Part shown: positions 50,819-60,714 of the stretch, one piece after another
Position numbering within the stretch: the stretch's first letter is position 1
Layout: each line of letters begins with the position of its first letter
Assembly (NCBI GenBank): GCA_963769425.1
Contig: CAVYLP010000006.1
Location: 288,001 to 352,000 of the forward strand
Direction: 5' to 3'
Source of the DNA: Candidatus Bathyarchaeota archaeon
GTDB lineage: Archaea > Thermoproteota > Bathyarchaeia > TCS64
DNA: 64,000 nt
Position numbers and translations under genes: made by a program
Notes under the pieces: generated by a model
Told to the model about the DNA's origin: nothing
The model's database searches: none
What the model saw: only the letters and a program-made list of their open reading frames with translations

Positions 50819-51997
50819 ATGGGCGTAGACTTGGGAATCGAGCCGGTCTGGCAATTCATAGCGAGGGCATCCTCAGCACGGGACAAGGGTGACTACCAAG
50901 AGGCCGAGTTCTACGCGCGCAAGGCCGTCTTCGCAGACCAGAGCGTCGGCGCCGCCTATGTACTCCTCTGCGAGATACTGGAAAAGCTGGGAAAGAAGGA
51001 GGAGGTGGAGAGGTGTCTCAGAGCGGGACTCGGCGCGTGCCCCGGCGACGCACCCCTCACGAGCATGAGCGCCCAGTATCTCATCAGGAATGGACGCCTC
51101 GACGACGCGGATGCATTCATCAGAAAGGCGATATCCACGGCCCCCGACGTGGCCGGGTACAGACTCCTCCTCTCCGTGATCCTTCAGCAGAAGGGGGACC
51201 TCGAACATGCAGAAGAGAGCGTGCGGAGGGCTATACTCCTCGATGACACGAGCGGCGACGCCTACTCGATGTACGGCGTCATACTCTGGAGGAAGGGATT
51301 GCACGACGAGGCGATGAGGTATGTAGCTCACGCCCTTGAACTCAAGCCACAGGACGCAAACATCCACCTCAACTATGCTATAATTCTCGAGGGCTCAGGC
51401 AAATTCACCGACGCCGAGGAGCACTACAAGAAGGCTCTGGAGCTCCACCCTGAGTGGCCCGAGGTCAAGGCTAGGTATGACAAGCTCAGGTACCGCCTAA
51501 ACGACCCCTCGGAGACGCTGAAGAAAGCGAACTCCGTCAAGGGGGAGAGCCCCGATGAGGCCGAGACGCTATACAAGAAGGCCCTGGAGATGAGGGCGGA
51601 CTCCCCCGATGCTCACAACGACTACGGCGTCTTTCTTTGGGAAAGGAAAAGACTGGTGGAATCCGAGGAGCACCTTAAGAAGGCTGCGGACCTAAAGCCG
51701 AGCTGGGTCACCCCTCAGTACAATACGGCCCTCAACCTCGTGAACCAGGGTAGGTTCTCCGACTCGGAGAACTATTTCAGGAGGACCCTGGGCCTCTACC
51801 CGGCCTTCCCCGACGGACACTTCTGGTACGCAAACGCCCTATTCAAGCTCCATCGCCTCCCCGAGGCAGAGGAGCACTACAAGAAGGCGATCGAGCTCAA
51901 ACCCGACCACAAGAAGGCGCACGAGAACTACGCCCAGCTGCTAAAGCAGCTTGGCAGACTCCCCGAGTCCGAAGAGCAGGCGAAGCTCGCTCAGTAA
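50819..51997 (+). CDS. Tetratricopeptide repeat protein
   Basis: About ten 34-aa repeats of the A...Y..AL.L.P....H.NY type. Confidence 0.92.
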   Translation: MGVDLGIEPVWQFIARASSARDKGDYQEAEFYARKAVFADQSVGAAYVLLCEILEKLGKKEEVERCLRAGLGACPGDAPLTSMSAQYLIRNGRLDDADAFIRKAISTAPDVAGYRLLLSVILQQKGDLEHAEESVRRAILLDDTSGDAYSMYGVILWRKGLHDEAMRYVAHALELKPQDANIHLNYAIILEGSGKFTDAEEHYKKALELHPEWPEVKARYDKLRYRLNDPSETLKKANSVKGESPDEAETLYKKALEMRADSPDAHNDYGVFLWERKRLVESEEHLKKAADLKPSWVTPQYNTALNLVNQGRFSDSENYFRRTLGLYPAFPDGHFWYANALFKLHRLPEAEEHYKKAIELKPDHKKAHENYAQLLKQLGRLPESEEQAKLAQ

Positions 51998-53190
51998 AAG
52001 GTCGGCTGCCCCTCGTAGACGAGCTTCGGGGGCTGCATCTTCGCAGCCTCTGCCGGGGACATAATCTCGATGAGACGGTACTTTCTTGTCCCGAGCCCCA
52101 GCTCCTCGGCGTACTCCACCTGGTCGTATGGGTTCTTGAGCCCGCCCCAGATGCGCTGGAAAGGGTGCAGCTTCGCGTCGCAGCTGAAGTCTCCAATGTA
52201 GGGAGGCACCATCTCGGGGAGGAACGTGGCCTTCCCTATGAGGTCGAGGGTCGCCTCCTCGACAGCGCAGATGTCCCTACTCGCGGTGACGCCTACATCG
52301 GGGACGATCTGTGGCTGGATCATGCCGAGGCAGTTGCACTGCGGCGTGATATCCATCATGAAGTTGAAGAAGAACCTCTTCTCGCGGTCGAAGTGACTAA
52401 GTATCTCCTCCGTCGTGAGGGCCATGAGCCTGCTGAAGGCCTGGAAGAACTCGGGCTTGATCTCGATGCACCCGACGCCCTCGTCCGCCTCAAGGCACTT
52501 GAGGCAGTTGGTGTTGGTGCAGGTACCCTCCATGAGGCTTAGTTTGTGCTTCTTGGCGTCATACTTTAGCGCGCCCCTGGGGCAAGACTTAACGAGCTCC
52601 TCAGCGTGGGCGGGGGTACACTTGTCGGCGTCCCACCAACTGACGCTGTTCTCGACGCCGTGCATCTTGTGCCAGCGACTGCCCGCGGCGAGTCCGCCGA
52701 TGGCGAGGTTCTTTATCGCCCCTCCGTAGCCGCTCACGGCGTGCCCCTTCGCATGGCTCACATCGATTAGAACATCCGCGTCGTGGAGTACCCCTGCGAA
52801 CCCGATCTCGCCGACGCCGCCGAACTCGAAGTCGCTGTGGTAGACGTACCTGTCCTTGATCCCCGCAATGGGGATGAGGGGGCAGCCGCACGTCTCGCTA
52901 GTGTAGCCGCGGTCGACCGCGTTGTAGATGGCCGTAGGGTTGTCGGTCACAAACGGGTAACCGCCCGCTTCCTTGACGGCTTTAACGATCTTGCGAACGA
53001 AGTAGACGGGGACGGTCTGGAAGTCGTCCTCGAAGCCCATGTGCATCTTAAGGGCCACCTTGTCACCCTTCTTGATGGTACAGAAGTCGAGCTGCCTGAT
53101 CATCTCGTCGAACTTGGCGCCGAGGCTGGCGAACCGCGCCGCCTGCCCGTGGATCATCGACCCGTACCAGACGGTGGAAGTCTTTACCAT
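51991..53190 (-). CDS. DUF362-family Fe-S protein
   Basis: VALKMHMG, SHAKGH...YGGAIKNLA.G, DITPQCNC and PDVG..AS.D..A motifs. Confidence 0.85.
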   Translation of the reverse strand: MVKTSTVWYGSMIHGQAARFASLGAKFDEMIRQLDFCTIKKGDKVALKMHMGFEDDFQTVPVYFVRKIVKAVKEAGGYPFVTDNPTAIYNAVDRGYTSETCGCPLIPIAGIKDRYVYHSDFEFGGVGEIGFAGVLHDADVLIDVSHAKGHAVSGYGGAIKNLAIGGLAAGSRWHKMHGVENSVSWWDADKCTPAHAEELVKSCPRGALKYDAKKHKLSLMEGTCTNTNCLKCLEADEGVGCIEIKPEFFQAFSRLMALTTEEILSHFDREKRFFFNFMMDITPQCNCLGMIQPQIVPDVGVTASRDICAVEEATLDLIGKATFLPEMVPPYIGDFSCDAKLHPFQRIWGGLKNPYDQVEYAEELGLGTRKYRLIEIMSPAEAAKMQPPKLVYEGQPTFY

Positions 53191-53284
53191 GGAGACACCT
53201 GAATTGAAGGAAGGGACATTTCGGGCTTAATAAAGAAAATCATACGCCGAAAGCGGTTTTCAGTTTCCCGGGGACCGCGTGGAG

Positions 53285-53677
53285 CTAGACGAGCTTGAGG
53301 TTGACCCTGATCTCGGGCGTGTTCTTGATGGTGTTGCTCACGAAGCAGCGCCCCGCCTCCCTTAGGATCTCTAACCTCTGTTCCTCGGTGAGGTCCGCCT
53401 CAAGCTCCACCTCCATCGAGATCTCGGTGGCGCGGTTCATGTCCTTACTCACCTTTGGCCTGACGTTTACCCGGATCGCGCCGGCCTCCCACCCCCTGTT
53501 CTTCATCTGCTCGGCTACGCGCGTCCCAGTGCAGAGCCCGATCGCGGCGAAGAGGACGGCACCCGCCGCCATACCCTCAGGCTGGGAGTCATCACTCACC
53601 CTCCCCGTGATTATCTCGAAGCCGCCGACTGTGGCCTTGAACTTGGTTCCCTCTATCCTCTCGATCTTGGCGCTCAT
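53285..53677 (-). CDS. OsmC/YcaO-like (OsmC family) protein
   Basis: AIGLC and C.VSNTI two-Cys OsmC pattern. Confidence 0.82.
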   Translation of the reverse strand: MSAKIERIEGTKFKATVGGFEIITGRVSDDSQPEGMAAGAVLFAAIGLCTGTRVAEQMKNRGWEAGAIRVNVRPKVSKDMNRATEISMEVELEADLTEEQRLEILREAGRCFVSNTIKNTPEIRVNLKLV

Positions 53678-53717
53678 GGCTGTTGAAAAAGGGGCTGGGC
53701 CGTATGAATCTTTGCGG

Positions 53718-54893
53718 CTACGCCTTGGCGAGGGCCTGGTCGAGGTCCTCGATTATGTCGTCGACGTCCTCTATGCCGACGCTGAAGCGGACGAGGCCGT
53801 CGGTTATGCCAGCCTTGATGCGGTCCGCCTTGGGGACGACGGCGTGCGTCATCGTCGCCGGATGGCTGATCAGGGTCTCGACGGCGCCGAGGCTGACGGC
53901 GAGGCTGCAGAGCTTGACGTTGTTCATCACCTTGCGCCCCGCATCTATCCCTCCCTTAAGCTCGAAGCTCATCATGCTGCCGAAGCCGTCCATCTGCCTC
54001 TTCGCGAGGGTGTACTGCGGGTGGCTCTTGAGCCCTGGGTACTTGACCCACTCCACCTTGGGGTGGTCCTCGAGCCACTTGGCGATCTTCTCCGCGCTCT
54101 CGGTCTGGCGCTGCATCCTGACGTGGAGCGTCTTTATGCCGCGTAGTGTGAGCCACGCTTCGAATGGGCCGAGGTTCGCGCCCATGTTCTTGTACATGGG
54201 GTCCATCGCCTTCAGGAACTCCTTCGAGCCGACGATGGCTCCGCCGAGGACGTCACTGTGCCCGCTGAGACTCTTCGTGATGCTGTGGACGACGACATCG
54301 ATGCCGTGCTCCAGTGGGCGCTGCAGGTAAGGGGACATGAACGTGTTGTCCGCCATCGTAGTTATGCCGTGAGCCTTCGCGATCTTGGCGACGGCCTTCA
54401 TGTCGGTGAGCTTCATCATCGGGTTCGACGGTGTCTCGATGTAGATTAGCTTCGTATTGGGCTTGATCGCCTTCTCGACGGCCTTGAGGTCACTCGTGTC
54501 GACGAGCGTGCACTCGACTCCGTAGCCCTTGAGTATGTCAGTGAAGACCTTGTGGGTTCCCCCGTAGAGGGCGTCCCCCGCGAGTATGTGGTCCCCGGAC
54601 TTGCATACTGCCATAGCTGCTGTGCTGATGGCCGCCATGCCGGATGCTGTTGCGCGGCAGTCCTCGCCCCCCTCCAGGGCGGCGATGCTCTCCTCCAACG
54701 CCCTCACCGTGGGGTTGCCTAGCCGGCTGTAGATGTAGCCGCTCTCCTTCCCCGCGAACCGCGCGGCGCCCTGCTCCGCGTTCTGGAAGACAAACGTCGA
54801 TGAGGCGTAGATCGGGACCGAGACCGCGCCGGTCGCGGGATCGGGGTGCTGACCAGCGTGCACTGCCATAGTTGCGAACTTCTCTTTACCCAT
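53718..54893 (-). CDS. mgl: Methionine gamma-lyase / cystathionine gamma-lyase family PLP enzyme
   Basis: YIYSRLGNPT, ASGMAAI, ETPSNP, DNTF, HSITK.LSGHSD, AVSLG..E.LI.HPA.MTH and RFSVGIE motifs. Confidence 0.88.
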   Translation of the reverse strand: MGKEKFATMAVHAGQHPDPATGAVSVPIYASSTFVFQNAEQGAARFAGKESGYIYSRLGNPTVRALEESIAALEGGEDCRATASGMAAISTAAMAVCKSGDHILAGDALYGGTHKVFTDILKGYGVECTLVDTSDLKAVEKAIKPNTKLIYIETPSNPMMKLTDMKAVAKIAKAHGITTMADNTFMSPYLQRPLEHGIDVVVHSITKSLSGHSDVLGGAIVGSKEFLKAMDPMYKNMGANLGPFEAWLTLRGIKTLHVRMQRQTESAEKIAKWLEDHPKVEWVKYPGLKSHPQYTLAKRQMDGFGSMMSFELKGGIDAGRKVMNNVKLCSLAVSLGAVETLISHPATMTHAVVPKADRIKAGITDGLVRFSVGIEDVDDIIEDLDQALAKA

Positions 54894-55011
54894 ACGACCA
54901 CTGACCCTATTCCAGCAATAATAATATCATCTCCGAGATAATGCCTTCTAGACGCAGACGCAGAAGACCCCCTCTTTTATACACAGTCGCTCGGATTCAT
55001 CTTGGTTCACA

Positions 55012-55554
55012 TTGAAGGTTCTAGGCATTCTGGGCGGAGCCAACAGGAACGGTAACACGGCCAGGCTCGTTGAAGAGGTCCTCGCGGGTGCGAGAGAGGC
55101 GGGGCACGAGACGGTCCTCATTAAGCTCGTCGACGAAAAGATCGGTCACATCGGCTACAGTAAGGGGGAGTCCACGTTCCCAAAGGACGACTTTGACTCT
55201 ATCAAGCCCCACCTTGAGACCATGGGGGCCATCGTCATCGGCGCACCAATATGGTACAGCACCGTCGACTCACGCACACACGCCTTCATCCAGCGCCTCT
55301 ACTACTACAGCAGCTACTACAGCGAGGAGAACAGGAAGAGGTGGCCCACGGGCGTCAAAGCCGTGAACATCATCACCTACGCCCAGAGCGACCCACACTA
55401 CTACGACCAAGTCCTCGCTTGGCTCAAGACCATCGAGAAGGACTACGGCATGAAGGGCATCAAGGAGATCGTCGCCGAGAACACTGGTGAGAAGCCGGTC
55501 GAGACCCGCAAGGACCTTCTGAAAAAAGCCGGTGAGATAGGCAAGAAGCTCTAG
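55012..55554 (+). CDS. Flavodoxin-like (iron-sulfur flavoprotein-related) protein lacking the Cys cluster motif
   Basis: G..NRNGNT..L, DD, IGAPIWY and FIQRL motifs; contains no Cys. Confidence 0.8.
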   Translation: MKVLGILGGANRNGNTARLVEEVLAGAREAGHETVLIKLVDEKIGHIGYSKGESTFPKDDFDSIKPHLETMGAIVIGAPIWYSTVDSRTHAFIQRLYYYSSYYSEENRKRWPTGVKAVNIITYAQSDPHYYDQVLAWLKTIEKDYGMKGIKEIVAENTGEKPVETRKDLLKKAGEIGKKL

Positions 55555-55576
55555 TGAGACCTATCTCAAGAGGGTG

Positions 55577-55969
55577 TCAGAAGGTCTTTATCTCGTAGTT
55601 GAAGCGGGGCAGCCCCCGCATCGTGTTCGCGACGTAGCATCGCTTAACCTCAGCGAGTAGCCCCTCTACCTGCTTCGCGTCGAGATTCGCACCCACCTTC
55701 ACTGTGATGTTGAACCCGAGCGCCCGGCTGGGCTCCTTCTCGTTCATGTCGTCTACCTCAATCAGGAGGCTGGTCGCCTCGATCTTCTGTCTCTTCAGGT
55801 ACATGGAGGCGTGGAATGCGCTGCAGAGCCCCAAGCTAGCCACCATGAGCTTCCCCGGGGACATGCCAATCGGAGGCGTCTGCGCGTCGAGCCTCCCGCT
55901 CAGGACCTCGTAGCCCTCCGACTCGGCCCTGAACTGGTCGCCGTCGAGCCGCGTTATCTTAACTGTCAT
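55577..55969 (-). CDS. OsmC family protein
   Basis: GMSP..L..ASLGLC and CYVANT motifs. Confidence 0.85.
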   Translation of the reverse strand: MTVKITRLDGDQFRAESEGYEVLSGRLDAQTPPIGMSPGKLMVASLGLCSAFHASMYLKRQKIEATSLLIEVDDMNEKEPSRALGFNITVKVGANLDAKQVEGLLAEVKRCYVANTMRGLPRFNYEIKTF

Positions 55970-56062
55970 GGATATCGCGGATCATGGGGTGAACGAGAAT
56001 AAGTACCTTGCCGGTTGAATGGTGAAACATTTATGTGGGGTTCGACCGCTTTCAGGTGGTGT

Positions 56063-56140
56063 GCCCTGGTAGCTCAGCCTGGCTAGAGCGGCAGCCTTGT
56101 AAGCTGTAGGTCACGGGTCCAAATCCCGTCTAGGGCTCCA
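56063..56140 (+). tRNA. tRNA-Thr(TGT)
   Basis: GCCCTGG/CTAGGGC acceptor, GCAGC-CTTGTAA-GCTGT anticodon arm, encoded CCA; T-loop TCCAAAT. Confidence 0.92.
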
Positions 56141-56144
56141 ACTT

Positions 56145-56756
56145 CTACGCAAGTGTCAGCTGCCTGCCACGGGGCTGTTGCTTCGCCGGGTCGGGCTTCG
56201 ACCTTAGAATCGGTGCCGGCTTCGGCTCAGTATTCACACGAGGTTTAGTGACGGGTGGTGCCTCGACCTTTGCTGTGGGCTTGGTCTTTGTCGGTTTCGG
56301 CTTATCGGCATTGGCGGTTCTCCCAGCCTTAACGGTCTTGACTGCCTTCACCGTCTTCGCGGCCTTCTTCTTCGGAGACCTCTTGGCCTTCTTGGGCTTC
56401 TCCACCTTCTTCCCCCGCGTCTTCTCCGGCTTCTCCTCCTTAGCCGCTACCTTCGGGGGGTTGACGAGGTCCACCTTGTCCGGGTGGTTCATCGCGACGT
56501 GCTTCCTGAGGCCGGACTCGCTGTTCATGATCTTCCCGCAGACGGGGCAGGGGAGGCTCACGGATACGAACTCGACGTCCTTTCCGAGGTACTCGCGTCG
56601 GAACTTCGCGGAGAGGCGCTCGGCCTCCTCGTAGCTGATCCTCCCCTCGGTCTTGATGGCTATACCAATCGTTATGTTGAAGGAGTCGTGCCTGTCGCTG
56701 TCCCTGATAACTCCGATCTCCCTAACCGGGCCCTTCAGCTTGAGGTCGTCCGCCAC
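56145..56756 (-). CDS. C2H2 zinc-finger protein with a Lys/Pro/Ala/Thr-rich C-terminal tail
   Basis: CPVCGKIMNSESGLRKHVAMNH motif followed by about 100 aa of basic low-complexity tail. Likely GTG start at 56756 after GGGAG. Confidence 0.75.
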   Translation of the reverse strand: MADDLKLKGPVREIGVIRDSDRHDSFNITIGIAIKTEGRISYEEAERLSAKFRREYLGKDVEFVSVSLPCPVCGKIMNSESGLRKHVAMNHPDKVDLVNPPKVAAKEEKPEKTRGKKVEKPKKAKRSPKKKAAKTVKAVKTVKAGRTANADKPKPTKTKPTAKVEAPPVTKPRVNTEPKPAPILRSKPDPAKQQPRGRQLTLA

Positions 56757-56902
56757 CCTGCTCCCTTCAGAACGCTCGCTATGTGTAGCTGAATCGGCCA
56801 AGGGCTTAAAAGCGTGTCTTTCACTGCGACAGTCTCAGTTAATAAAAATCCTTTGGGACAATCACGCTTGGTGAAAATGGTCTCGGAAACAGGGTAAGAC
56901 GC

Positions 56903-57967
56903 CTACTTCTTGTAGGCGCCATACTTCCAGACGGCCCTGCCGACGGCGTTGTAGTTGGCGATCGGCATGTCCGAGTGGACCGTGCAGCCTGGGCCGAGCA
57001 TGAATCCGCCGCCCTCGGCGCAGTCGTCGATCGCCTTCTTCGTTGCGTCTTCGATCTGCTTCGGTGTCCCCTTCCTGAGGGTCTCCTCGTGGTCGAGCCC
57101 GCCGCAGATGGCGAACTTGTCCTTGTAGAGTTCCTTGCCTTTCTTGGCGGGGGTCCAGGATTGGCTCGCCCAGTTGATGGTATTGACCGGGTACTTCTTG
57201 AACCAGCCAGCCTCCATCAGCTTCTCCGGGGTTCCTTCGGAGGTGCTGCAGATGTGCATGAACTTTATGGGGCACTTCACGGCGTCGAGTACCTTCTTGT
57301 CGTAGCTGAGTGCGTACTCCTCCAGCTGTTTCTGGTCGAGTGCCTTCCAGATGCGGCCTCCTCCTCCGATCCCGAAGAAGATCCCTGTGGCACCCGCGTC
57401 GATGCAAGCTTTGGTGAACTCTATCGTGGTGTCGGTGATGGTCTTTATGCCTTGCTTTAGGGTGTCTGGGTTCTCCTTCATGTCCTTGAGGACCTGGTCT
57501 GGAGTCGAGACGCCGTTCATGGCCTGGATGATTGGACTGGGGATGGTGTAGATGAAGGGGACCCTGCGTAGGTCACGCGCCAGTATCTCGTTGGTCCTGA
57601 CGAACTCGCGGAGCTCCTTCTTGGGATCGAGGACCCAGAGCTTCTCCCAGTCCTTTGTCTTCTTCACGGCGACCTCCTTGGTGTCGGCCTCCTCCTCGTT
57701 GTTTATGAACTCGAACTTGCTCCCCCACTGCATCGCCATGAAGCGGTAGTGGGGAGTGACCTTGAGCATGTCCATGTTGTAGTCGAGCTCCCTCAGGAGG
57801 GCGATGTGCGCCTTAGCGGACTCCTCGCCGTTGCGCGATGCCTTCTCCCAGCTGTAGCCGTTTAGCCACTTGCATGCAGGGAAGTGGCCCCAGATCGCCC
57901 ATGGGACGCGGTCAGGAACCTTGCGTTGCATGACCGCCAAGACGCGGTCGAATCTCTCAGACTCCAT
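56903..57967 (-). CDS. Uroporphyrinogen decarboxylase / MtaA-CmuA superfamily protein
   Basis: PDRVP, HIC, GGLD....L..GTP and GGGFMLGPGC motifs. Confidence 0.85.
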   Translation of the reverse strand: MESERFDRVLAVMQRKVPDRVPWAIWGHFPACKWLNGYSWEKASRNGEESAKAHIALLRELDYNMDMLKVTPHYRFMAMQWGSKFEFINNEEEADTKEVAVKKTKDWEKLWVLDPKKELREFVRTNEILARDLRRVPFIYTIPSPIIQAMNGVSTPDQVLKDMKENPDTLKQGIKTITDTTIEFTKACIDAGATGIFFGIGGGGRIWKALDQKQLEEYALSYDKKVLDAVKCPIKFMHICSTSEGTPEKLMEAGWFKKYPVNTINWASQSWTPAKKGKELYKDKFAICGGLDHEETLRKGTPKQIEDATKKAIDDCAEGGGFMLGPGCTVHSDMPIANYNAVGRAVWKYGAYKK

Positions 57968-58074
57968 CTCAGATCGTAGAGGATAGGGAGGCACTAACCA
58001 TAAAAAGGCGTCCCCGGCGTCGGTAACCTGTATAAATCACCTCGACACTGGCTTCATCATTCTGTGATCCCTAA

Positions 58075-59217
58075 ATGAAATACAGAAAGTTCGGCAAGCT
58101 AGACTGGAAGCCCTCGGCCCTCGGCTTCGGAGCCATGAGGCTCCCCATACTCGACGGCGACGCGGGCAAGATCGACGAGCCCCTCGCCATTGACATGATC
58201 AGGTACGCCATCGACAATGGCGTCAACTACGTCGACTCCGCCTACCCCTACCACAAGGGGCAGAGCGAACTTGTCGTCGGAAAGGCACTCAGGGACGGAT
58301 ATCGTGAGAAGGTTAAACTCGCCACGAAGATGCCCTGCTGGCTCGTCAACACCGCCGACGATTTCGATAAGTACTTTGACGAGCAGCTGAAGAAGCTACA
58401 GACGGACCACATCGACTTCTACCTCCTACACGGGCTGGGGAAGGAGAGGTGGCCGAAGGTCAGGGACCTCGGCGTCCTAAGGTGGGCGGAGAAGAAGCTC
58501 AATGAGGGCAAGATCGGGCACCTGGGCTTCAGTTTCCACGACGAGCTCCCCGCCTTCAAGGAGATCGTGGACGCCCACGACTGGACCTTCTGCCAGATAC
58601 AGTACAACTACATGGACACGAACTACCAAGCGGGGACCGAGGGACTCCACTACGCCGCGAAGAGGGGGCTCGCCGTCGTCGTCATGGAGCCCATCGCTGG
58701 TGGACGCCTCGCCGTCAATCCACCCGAGGGTATAAAGAAGCTCTGGAGGGAGGGACACCACCGCTGGAAGCCCGCCGAGTGGGCGCTCCAGTGGGTCTGG
58801 AACCAGCCCGAGGTAAGCCTCCTACTAAGCGGCATGAGCGCCATGCAGCACGTTGAGGAGAACGTGAAGGCGGCGGACAGAAGCGGCGTCGGCAAGCTCA
58901 CGAAGGGGGATCTCCGCCTCGTAGATAGTGTAGCCAACAAGTACAGGGAGATGGGGTTCGTCGGCTGCACCGGCTGCAGGTATTGCTCCCCCTGCCCCAG
59001 CGGCGTCGCCATCCCCGAGGTCTTCTCCCTCTTCAACGAGTTCTACATGAAGGATAGGGACCCGGTGGTTAAGGCGAAGTACAAGGAGCAACTCAAGCCT
59101 GAGCAGTGGGCGAAGAACTGCACGAGCTGCGGCAGATGCGAGGATCTCTGCCCGCAGCACCTGCCCATCAGGACGTTGCTACGCGGCGCGGTGGATGCCC
59201 TAGAGAGGGAAAGGTAA
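58075..59217 (+). CDS. Aldo/keto reductase with a C-terminal 4Fe-4S dicluster domain
   Basis: LGFGAMRLP, DSAYPY, ATK, GFSFH, MEP..GG, CTGCRYC.PCP and C..CG.CE..CPQ motifs. Confidence 0.93.
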   Translation: MKYRKFGKLDWKPSALGFGAMRLPILDGDAGKIDEPLAIDMIRYAIDNGVNYVDSAYPYHKGQSELVVGKALRDGYREKVKLATKMPCWLVNTADDFDKYFDEQLKKLQTDHIDFYLLHGLGKERWPKVRDLGVLRWAEKKLNEGKIGHLGFSFHDELPAFKEIVDAHDWTFCQIQYNYMDTNYQAGTEGLHYAAKRGLAVVVMEPIAGGRLAVNPPEGIKKLWREGHHRWKPAEWALQWVWNQPEVSLLLSGMSAMQHVEENVKAADRSGVGKLTKGDLRLVDSVANKYREMGFVGCTGCRYCSPCPSGVAIPEVFSLFNEFYMKDRDPVVKAKYKEQLKPEQWAKNCTSCGRCEDLCPQHLPIRTLLRGAVDALERER

Positions 59218-59275
59218 CGACCACAACGCACAGGCGGTCTTTCCGCCAGAATATTCACCCTGAAGGTCGTTTGGT

Positions 59276-60503
59276 CTACTCCTTGACCTTCCTGATTCCC
59301 CTCTTTGACGAAGGCAAACCCCACAACGGACGCCAGCGCCGAGGCAGTCAGGAACCACCAGCCCCATGAGTAGGAGCCCGTCGCGTCGATTATCAGGCCA
59401 AAGATCGGCGGGCCGATGATATTCCCGATGAGCCCGATCATGTTAGAGTACCCGACGGCGATCCCTGCGTTTTCCCTCCCCGCGAACTCGGAGACGAGTA
59501 CGAAGTTCAGCCCACCCCACCCGAGGGCGGAGAAGCCGAACAGCGCGAATATGACAGATAGCACGATGAACGGGGTGCTCGAGGAGATGAACTGCATGAG
59601 TATCGAGAAGAAGAAGGACAATATCGCGGCGAGGAGCAGCGGCCTCTTCCTGCTTCCCCCGAACAGCCGATCGCTCATTGCACCAAGGACCGGTTTACCT
59701 ATGGCACCGCCCGCGTTCACTATAGCGAGGTAGCCGCCAGCGAGGGCTACTGATATGCCGACGATCTCCTTCAGATATATGATTAGGTAGGTCGTCATCG
59801 CGAACTGCACCATCATTAGCCCGACGCATGAGAGGCTGATGAGGAGGATGTTGTGGTCGAGCATCATTTTGAGGGCGGCTTTCCTGTTCGGCTTCACCGA
59901 CTTCGTAGGCGCCACGTCGACCAGAGTGTTCGGCGCGTCCCTGTAGAGGGTGTAGGCGAGTATAGCGATCAGTATGGTTACGATTCCGATGGCGACGAAC
60001 CCGATGCGCCATCCGTAGAGTATAGCGACGGTGGGGAGTGTCGCGGCGGTGATCATGCCCCCCACGTTGACGGCGGTCTGGTTGATCCCGATGGTCGTCC
60101 CCCGCTCCTTGATGGGAAACCAGGTCAGCAGAGCCTTCGTGGAGACCGTGGGGAAGGCGCCGCACCCGAAGCCCGCCACGATGAGGAGCAGCATCGCGGT
60201 GGAGAAGCTATTGACGAGGTACATCCCGAGGACGAGCGCCCCCGCGAAGCTGGTGCCGAGAAGTATCATCTTCCTCACGCCGAGGTCGTCGACGAGCCAC
60301 CCCGCGGGTATCTGGGCCACCGTGTATCCCACCGCCACCGCGGAAGCGAGGAGACCTACGTCAAACCGGGAGAGGCTCAGGTCGTCCACGATGAAGGTGG
60401 AGAGCGGAGGGACAGCGTTCCTGATTAGGTAGACACTCATGTAGGTGAGCCACGTCACGCCGAGGACTACCCAACGGTAGCGTCGGACATCCGCGGAGGC
60501 CAA
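59276..60503 (-). CDS. MFS transporter (ACS/UhpC-like); the extension to 59043 is probably a +1 error near 59297
   Basis: RYRWVVL, G.LVDDLGVR, WFP.KERG and SDRL motifs; about 12 TM segments. Confidence 0.88.
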
Positions 60504-60714
60504 TTCGAATCCCTTTCAAACCCGGCGCCGGATATAAAACTGTATTTTGCCTGAAAATCGCGAAAAGGGAGGATTTGAGCCCTTTTAAGGGATACGGGTT
60601 CTTTCAGGATGTATTGAGCCCCTTTCCTCGATGAAGGGCTCTAAGAAGGCTTATTAGCTTAAGACACTCCACCGCTTCTATTTCGTCTAGAGGAGGTGCT
60701 CAGCCACGGGGACA

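Noticed and set aside
59043-59275. Long antisense overlap of the MFS C-terminus with the aldo/keto reductase gene (also GT2 with DUF420 at 38048-38167)
   Set aside because: Removing one base near 59297 (or near 38173) gives an early stop and removes almost all overlap, consistent with the same +1 artefact.
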